Positions 7,926-12,619 of a DNA stretch of 12,619 bases are shown here, in pieces. Location: contig NW_021826551.1 in NCBI RefSeq assembly GCF_006345805.1, forward strand, positions 1 to 12,619, in the 5' to 3' direction. Positions within the stretch are counted from its first letter, which is position 1. Each line of letters begins with the position of its first letter. Both the position numbers and the translations under genes were made by a program. The notes beneath the pieces were generated by a model. That model searched no databases. It worked only from the letters and a program-made list of their open reading frames with translations, and was not told the DNA's origin. The DNA comes from Octopus sinensis. Taxonomy: Eukaryota.

Positions 7926-8148
7926 TTATTTATTTGCTGCCCACAAGGGGCTAAATACAGAGGCGACAAACAAGGACAGGCAAAGGGATAAAGTCGATTA
8001 CATCGACCCCAGTGCCTAACTGGTACTTATTTTATCGACCCCCGAAAGGATGAAAGGCAAAGTCGACCTCGGCGGAATTTGAACTCAGAACGTAACGGCA
8101 GACGAAATACGGCTACGCATTTCGCCCGGCGTGCTAACGTTTCTGCCA
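7925..8148 (-). mobile_element. tRNA-derived SINE (family C, slightly 5'-clipped) with a Deu/Nin-like central domain
   Basis: Minus strand tggcagaaacgttagcacgccgggcg...GAGTTCAAATTCC (B box)...gtcgactttgcctttcatcctttcgggggtcgataaaataagtacc...gccccttgtgggcagcaaataaa. (AAT)n on both sides. The domain name is recalled, not searched. Confidence 0.82.
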
Positions 8149-8499
8149 ATAATAATAATAATGATAATAATAAGCGTATGATTTGAAGAATCTTTGAAAC
8201 TAATATTGCCTGGTCTTGTCTCCACGTACAGACATCCCCGTAGTATCTACGACGTTTATTAGGCGTCAGGGGAGAGACATTTTCTTATATTTGACGAAAA
8301 CCGGTCTTTCTAAACTTATATTTCTAGGATATTTAGTTGCTTTATTGAACCGCCTCTCTTCCCAGTCTACACTCTTCGCAGGGTTTTCCTGCATATATTG
8401 ACTTATATATGCTCCAAGCATAAATATGATCTGTTTTTAGTCTTTCTTAGCAAAACACTTGGGACTTGTCCCAGTTTATTTGAATAAATTACTAAAGAC

Positions 8500-8850
8500 A
8501 TGTGGGAACGTTGTTGTAGGTGTATATGTGTGTGGATAATAGACAGACGGACAGTCAGGTAAATAGAGAAATAAATGGATAGATTGATATATATATATAT
8601 ATATATATATATACCTATATAGAAACATGAATACTTACATAGATGCATACACACGTACATACATACATACTTACATACATATACATACATGCATACACAT
8701 ATACATACATGCATACACATATACATATATATATACATACGTGGATGGATGGATTAATGGATGGATTAATAGATGGAGGGAGGGATTTAGTTCGGTAGAT
8801 AGATAAATAGGCAGATAGTGATATATATCATATATATACATAGACAGATG
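8500..8850. repeat. Compound TA/TACA/GGAT/GATA microsatellite region
   Basis: Seen directly in the sequence. Confidence 0.88.
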
Positions 8851-8934
8851 ACTAAAGACTCAGTGCATTTTTACCTAAACTGTGTTTCGAAGGAATAATA
8901 ATAATAATAGCGATGATAATAATAATAATAATAA

Positions 8935-10168
8935 TTTACCTTCCCAGAGCCCAAGGAGGTCGAGGCCTGATCCAATTTGAACTAGCTTACAAAACAACCA
9001 CAATTGGACTGGCCAAATATCTCGAAATATCGAATGACTGGATGCTAAAGCTCGTGGAAAATCACGAGAGACGAAAGAAGCTTCATTCTATCATAAAGGA
9101 AAGCAAAAAATTTGCTATTGATCTCGTGCAGGATACCCAAACTGAACAACCCGAGGGAAGTACGGCAACTATTGTTGCAAAGAAGGTGAAAATGATGGCA
9201 ATGAAAAAAGCGCACGAGCAATTGGCTGATAGGTGGGAGGAGAAACCTCTGCACGGCAAATATGTGACCCGCAGTAAACAAGCTGATGTTAACCAGAAGC
9301 AAACCCATCAGTGGCTACGGAGCTCAGGGCTAAAAGCAGAGGGCGAAGGTTTCATCCTGGCTGCTCAAGATCAAAGCCTATTAACCCGGAACTACTAGGC
9401 CAATGTGATGAAAAATGGAGCAGACCCAAAATGCCGATTCTGCAACGACATGATTGAAACAGTGGACCACCTAATCTATGGATGTAAAGTCTTAGCACCA
9501 GTGGAGTATAAATTAAGACATGACAGAGTTGGCCAATATCTACACTGGCTAATAAGTCGGCATTACAATATCAAAACTGCCGACAAGTGGTATAATCACC
9601 ACCCTGAGGCTGTAACGGAAGGAGAAAACGTAACCATTCTGTGGGACTTTCCAGTACATACAGACCGAACCATCAAGGCCAATAAACCAGATATTGTTGT
9701 GAAAGACCAAAACAATAAAGTTTGCTTATTGATCGACATGAGCATCCCCTGTGATCATAATATCTCAGCGAAAGAGTTTGACAAGCTCAGAAAATATAAA
9801 GACCTACTCATTGAAATTGAGAAAATGTGGCATCTCAAGGCGGTTACAATACCAGTGATCGTAGGAGCACTAGGAATGATCAAGAAGGGAACCGAAATTA
9901 TATGAGAATGATCCCTGGCTTACCATCCCTGCAAGAAGTGCAAAAGATTGTCTTAACTGGTACATCACACGTATTGAGAAGAGCATTGTCGATGTGAGAA
10001 CTGTTGCTGCTCATGTATTTAATTTAAATTTAACTTAAAAAAAAAAAAAAAAATTAACGAACTACTGAGTTTGGTTTAATGGCCTACCAATGTATACTAT
10101 GAGTTTCTTTGCCCTAGGAGTCGGGAAGACACTCGCAAGAAATGGATGCAAATTTGAAAGAAGAAAAA

Positions 10169-10170
<2 letters not shown>
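8935..10170 (+). mobile_element. 5'-truncated R4/Dong-like RLE non-LTR retrotransposon (fragment 3), flanked by (TAA)n
   Basis: YLPRAQGGRGL (post-RT), CCHC knuckle CRFCNDMIETVDHLIYGC, RHD motif, RLE PDIVVKD...LLIDMSIP...KEFDKLRKYKDL. (AAT)n at 8895-8934 and from 10171. Confidence 0.93.
8937..9997 (+). pseudogene. Disrupted C-terminal part of the retrotransposon ORF (post-RT region, zinc knuckle, RLE endonuclease)
   Basis: ORFs 8913..9398 and 9405..9905 share one frame, split by a TAG at 9396-9398. A 1-nt deletion near 9897 shifts off the natural end YMRMIPGLPSLQEVQKIVLTGTSHVLRRALSM* (TGA 9995-9997). No RT catalytic core is present. Confidence 0.9.
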
Positions 10171-10207
<37 letters not shown>

Positions 10208-10232
10208 TATTATTATTATTATTATTATATTA

Positions 10233-10268
<36 letters not shown>

Positions 10269-10309
10269 TATATTATTATTATTATTAGTTTATTATTATT
10301 ATTATTATT
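10171..10309. repeat. (TAA)n switching to (TTA)n at 10206/10207
   Basis: Seen directly; joins the tails of two convergent retrotransposons. Confidence 0.95.
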
Positions 10310-11740
10310 GTTTTGACTTTTGTTTTGTATTTGTACAAGTGGCTCCAAGTCTCACCCTGAGACCTCAAGAGACAAATTAGAAGTTCATGTTGGTGTGAGG
10401 CCTAGGGTGTCGTATATTTGGTTTTGCACATAATATTATTCTAGAAAATGTTTAAGAAAACAAGAAAAGTATGAGTTAGTTTTAAAATTTGAGATTACAT
10501 AGACAGTATTTTACGTATATATGGGCAGATCCCATGAGCACTATCTTTGGAATTTCTGCCATTTTGGTGTTTCCTGATATCTGAGCTAGGTAGCAATCAG
10601 CCTCTTTTGCTATCATTCCCAGGACACCTATAACAACAGGTATTGTTCTAGTCTTCATGTTCCATATTTTGCCAATTTCTGTTTCAAGATCTTTATACTT
10701 ACTCAGTTTTTTGTAGGTCTTGACAGATTCATTTATATCGATTGGGTCAGTCATATCAATGAGGAGGCATGTTTTTTGTCTGAAGTCTTTCAATATGATG
10801 TCTGGCCTATTTGCGTCTATCTTTCTGTCAGTTTGAATGGGGAAGTTCCAAAAGAGTGAGATGTGATCATTTTCAAGCACTGGAGGTGGTTTGTGTTCCC
10901 ACCAGTTTTTATCATGGGGCAGGTCCAGGGTTTTACAAATTACCCAGTGTTGTGCTGCTCTATCATGCCTGTTGAGATACTCTGTAGGCGCAAGAAGACT
11001 GCACTTGGAGACAACATGATCAATGGTTTCATTTTGTTGTTGACATACACGGCATGCTGGACAACTGCCGTTCTTTAATATGTTGGCCTGGTAGTTTCAT
11101 GTTGGTAGGCATTGATCTTGGGTGTGGAGGCGCAATGGCCCAGTGGTTAGGGCAGCGGACTCGCGGTCATATGATCGCGGTTTCGATTCCCAGACAGGGC
11201 GTTGTGAGTGTTTATTGAGCGAAAACACCTAAAGCTCCACGAGGCTCCGGCAAGGGATGGTGGTGATCCCTGCTGTACTCTTTCACCACAACTTTCTCTC
11301 ACTCTTACTTCCTGTTTATGTTGTACCTGCATTTCAAAGGGCCGGCCTTGTCACTCTCTGTGTCACGCTGAATATCCACGAGAACTACGTTAAGGGTACA
11401 CGTGTCTGTGGTGTGCTCAGCCACTTACACGCTAATTTCACGAGCAGGCTGTTCCGTTGATTCGGATCAACCGAAACCCTCGTCGTCGTAGCCGACGGAG
11501 TGCTTCCATGATCTTGGGTTGCTATGATAAACCCTTCTGTCTCTGATTTTAAGTCAGAAGACACTAACCATTGATGGGAAAGGGCTTTGTCAATATCGGC
11601 ACTATTAGCTCTTTTAGGGTATTTGCAATTAAGAGGTATTTCTTGCCATTTATCTGTAAGAATATCTAAGGCAGTAGTTTTAGCAGGTACATCAGTTGTT
11701 CGAACATTGTGGAGCAGACATCGTCGACATCAACCGAGAT
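10310..11740 (-). mobile_element. 5'-truncated R4/Dong-like retrotransposon (fragment 4), interrupted by a SINE
   Basis: Minus-strand translation across the SINE: KWQEIPLNCKYPKR...SHQWLVSSDLKSETEGFIIATQDQ|CLPT*NYQANILKNG...CRVCQQQNETIDHVVSKC...RHD, then ORF 10482..10880 (WNFPIQTDRKIDANRPDIILKD...LLIDM...KYKDL). 5' boundary approximate. Confidence 0.9.
11124..11508 (+). mobile_element. tRNA-derived SINE (family D) with an 11-bp target-site duplication
   Basis: A box TGGCCCAGTGG, B box GGTTTCGATTCCC. TSD tgatcttgggt at 11113-11123 and 11509-11519. Confidence 0.92.
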
Positions 11741-12057
11741 CCATTTAAGTCACGCCATTATATCTACATGTATGCGTGTAATAGTGCTTCTGTGTGCGTG
11801 TATGTAAGTTAATAGCTTGAGGAACAGGTAGGAATAAATACATCAGTTTAGGAAAGTGAAAAATCGATTGTCACAAAAGCAAGGAGCCTCGTTGTGAATT
11901 TATGTTCTTCTGAGAGATGTCTACGCTCAGATTACACGGGAGACGCATTCGGAACATATTGTTTATAGACATTATCTCAGTTAACTGGATAAAGAGTGGT
12001 ATAGTGCGGGGAGGAGGTAAGAGATGAAGGGTGAAAGGACACAGTGTGAGGGAACTG

Positions 12058-12078
12058 GATAGATAGATAGATAGATAT

Positions 12079-12135
<57 letters not shown>

Positions 12136-12140
12136 GAGCG

Positions 12141-12171
<31 letters not shown>

Positions 12172-12490
12172 GACCGTGAGAGAGGAGTGATAGAGAGAGT
12201 GTGATAGCTAGACAGATAGATAGACAGACAGATAGTTAGATAGATAAATAGAGAGACAGACAGAGAAGGGGGATAGAGATAGTGAGAGATTAAAACATAG
12301 ATATACAGATAGATTGATAGAGTGATAAAAAGATTGATAGAAAGATAGAAAAATAGGTAGACAGAGAGTGAGATAGAGAGATAGAGAGATAGATAGATAA
12401 ATAGATAGATAGATCGATAGATAGATAGATAGATAGATACAGACATGCATACATACATAGAAAAACATACAACTGAATTGATAGATAATC
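12058..12490. repeat. (GATA)n/(GA)n compound microsatellite
   Basis: Seen directly; accounts for the SIYL-repeat ORFs on the minus strand. Confidence 0.95.
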
Positions 12491-12619
12491 GTTGGTTTGA
12501 CAGATGAATGGAGATATAAACATATTCGCAAGTTGATAGAATTGGCAACCTGTACACGCATGCGCAGGTGCGACAGTCAGGAAAAAACACTGATTATTTT
12601 TCCCTCTTCACGCCCCCCC

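Noticed and set aside
8216-8420. ORF 8216..8401(+) and an antisense open frame of ~56 codons
   Set aside because: No recognisable domain and no convincing splice sites; lengths are compatible with chance.
8913-9997. Autonomous retrotransposon or host gene
   Set aside because: It lacks the RT catalytic domain, the ATG comes from the (ATA)n flank, and it has an internal stop and a frameshift.
12504-12572. Possible 64-nt exon (DEWRYKHIRKLIELAT...) and NRF1-like acgcatgcgca motif
   Set aside because: The acceptor has a poor pyrimidine tract, the peptide is unrecognised, the motif can arise from CA/TG repeats, and the window edge prevents assessing context.

Overview
Repeat-dense, AT-rich eukaryotic non-coding DNA, most likely intronic or intergenic sequence of an octopus (inferred from SINE families that resemble octopus tRNA-derived SINEs and from the microsatellite load; not database-checked). 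No intact protein-coding gene is supported. Contents: (1) a 177-bp tandem satellite built from the 5' half of a tRNA-derived SINE, running off the left edge; (2) six SINE copies from four families; (3) four 5'-truncated fragments of R4/Dong-like RLE non-LTR retrotransposons associated with (TAA)n tracts; (4) a non-autonomous Helitron and a hAT-like MITE; (5) a ~400-bp near-perfect palindrome and a 46-bp perfect palindrome; (6) three copies of a ~190-bp repeat that carries a variant minimal type I hammerhead-like motif, of the kind known from Penelope-like element pLTRs; (7) many microsatellites. Two weak splice-signal-defined exon candidates are noted. The hammerhead-like repeat, the long palindrome and the SINE-head satellite are the best leads.
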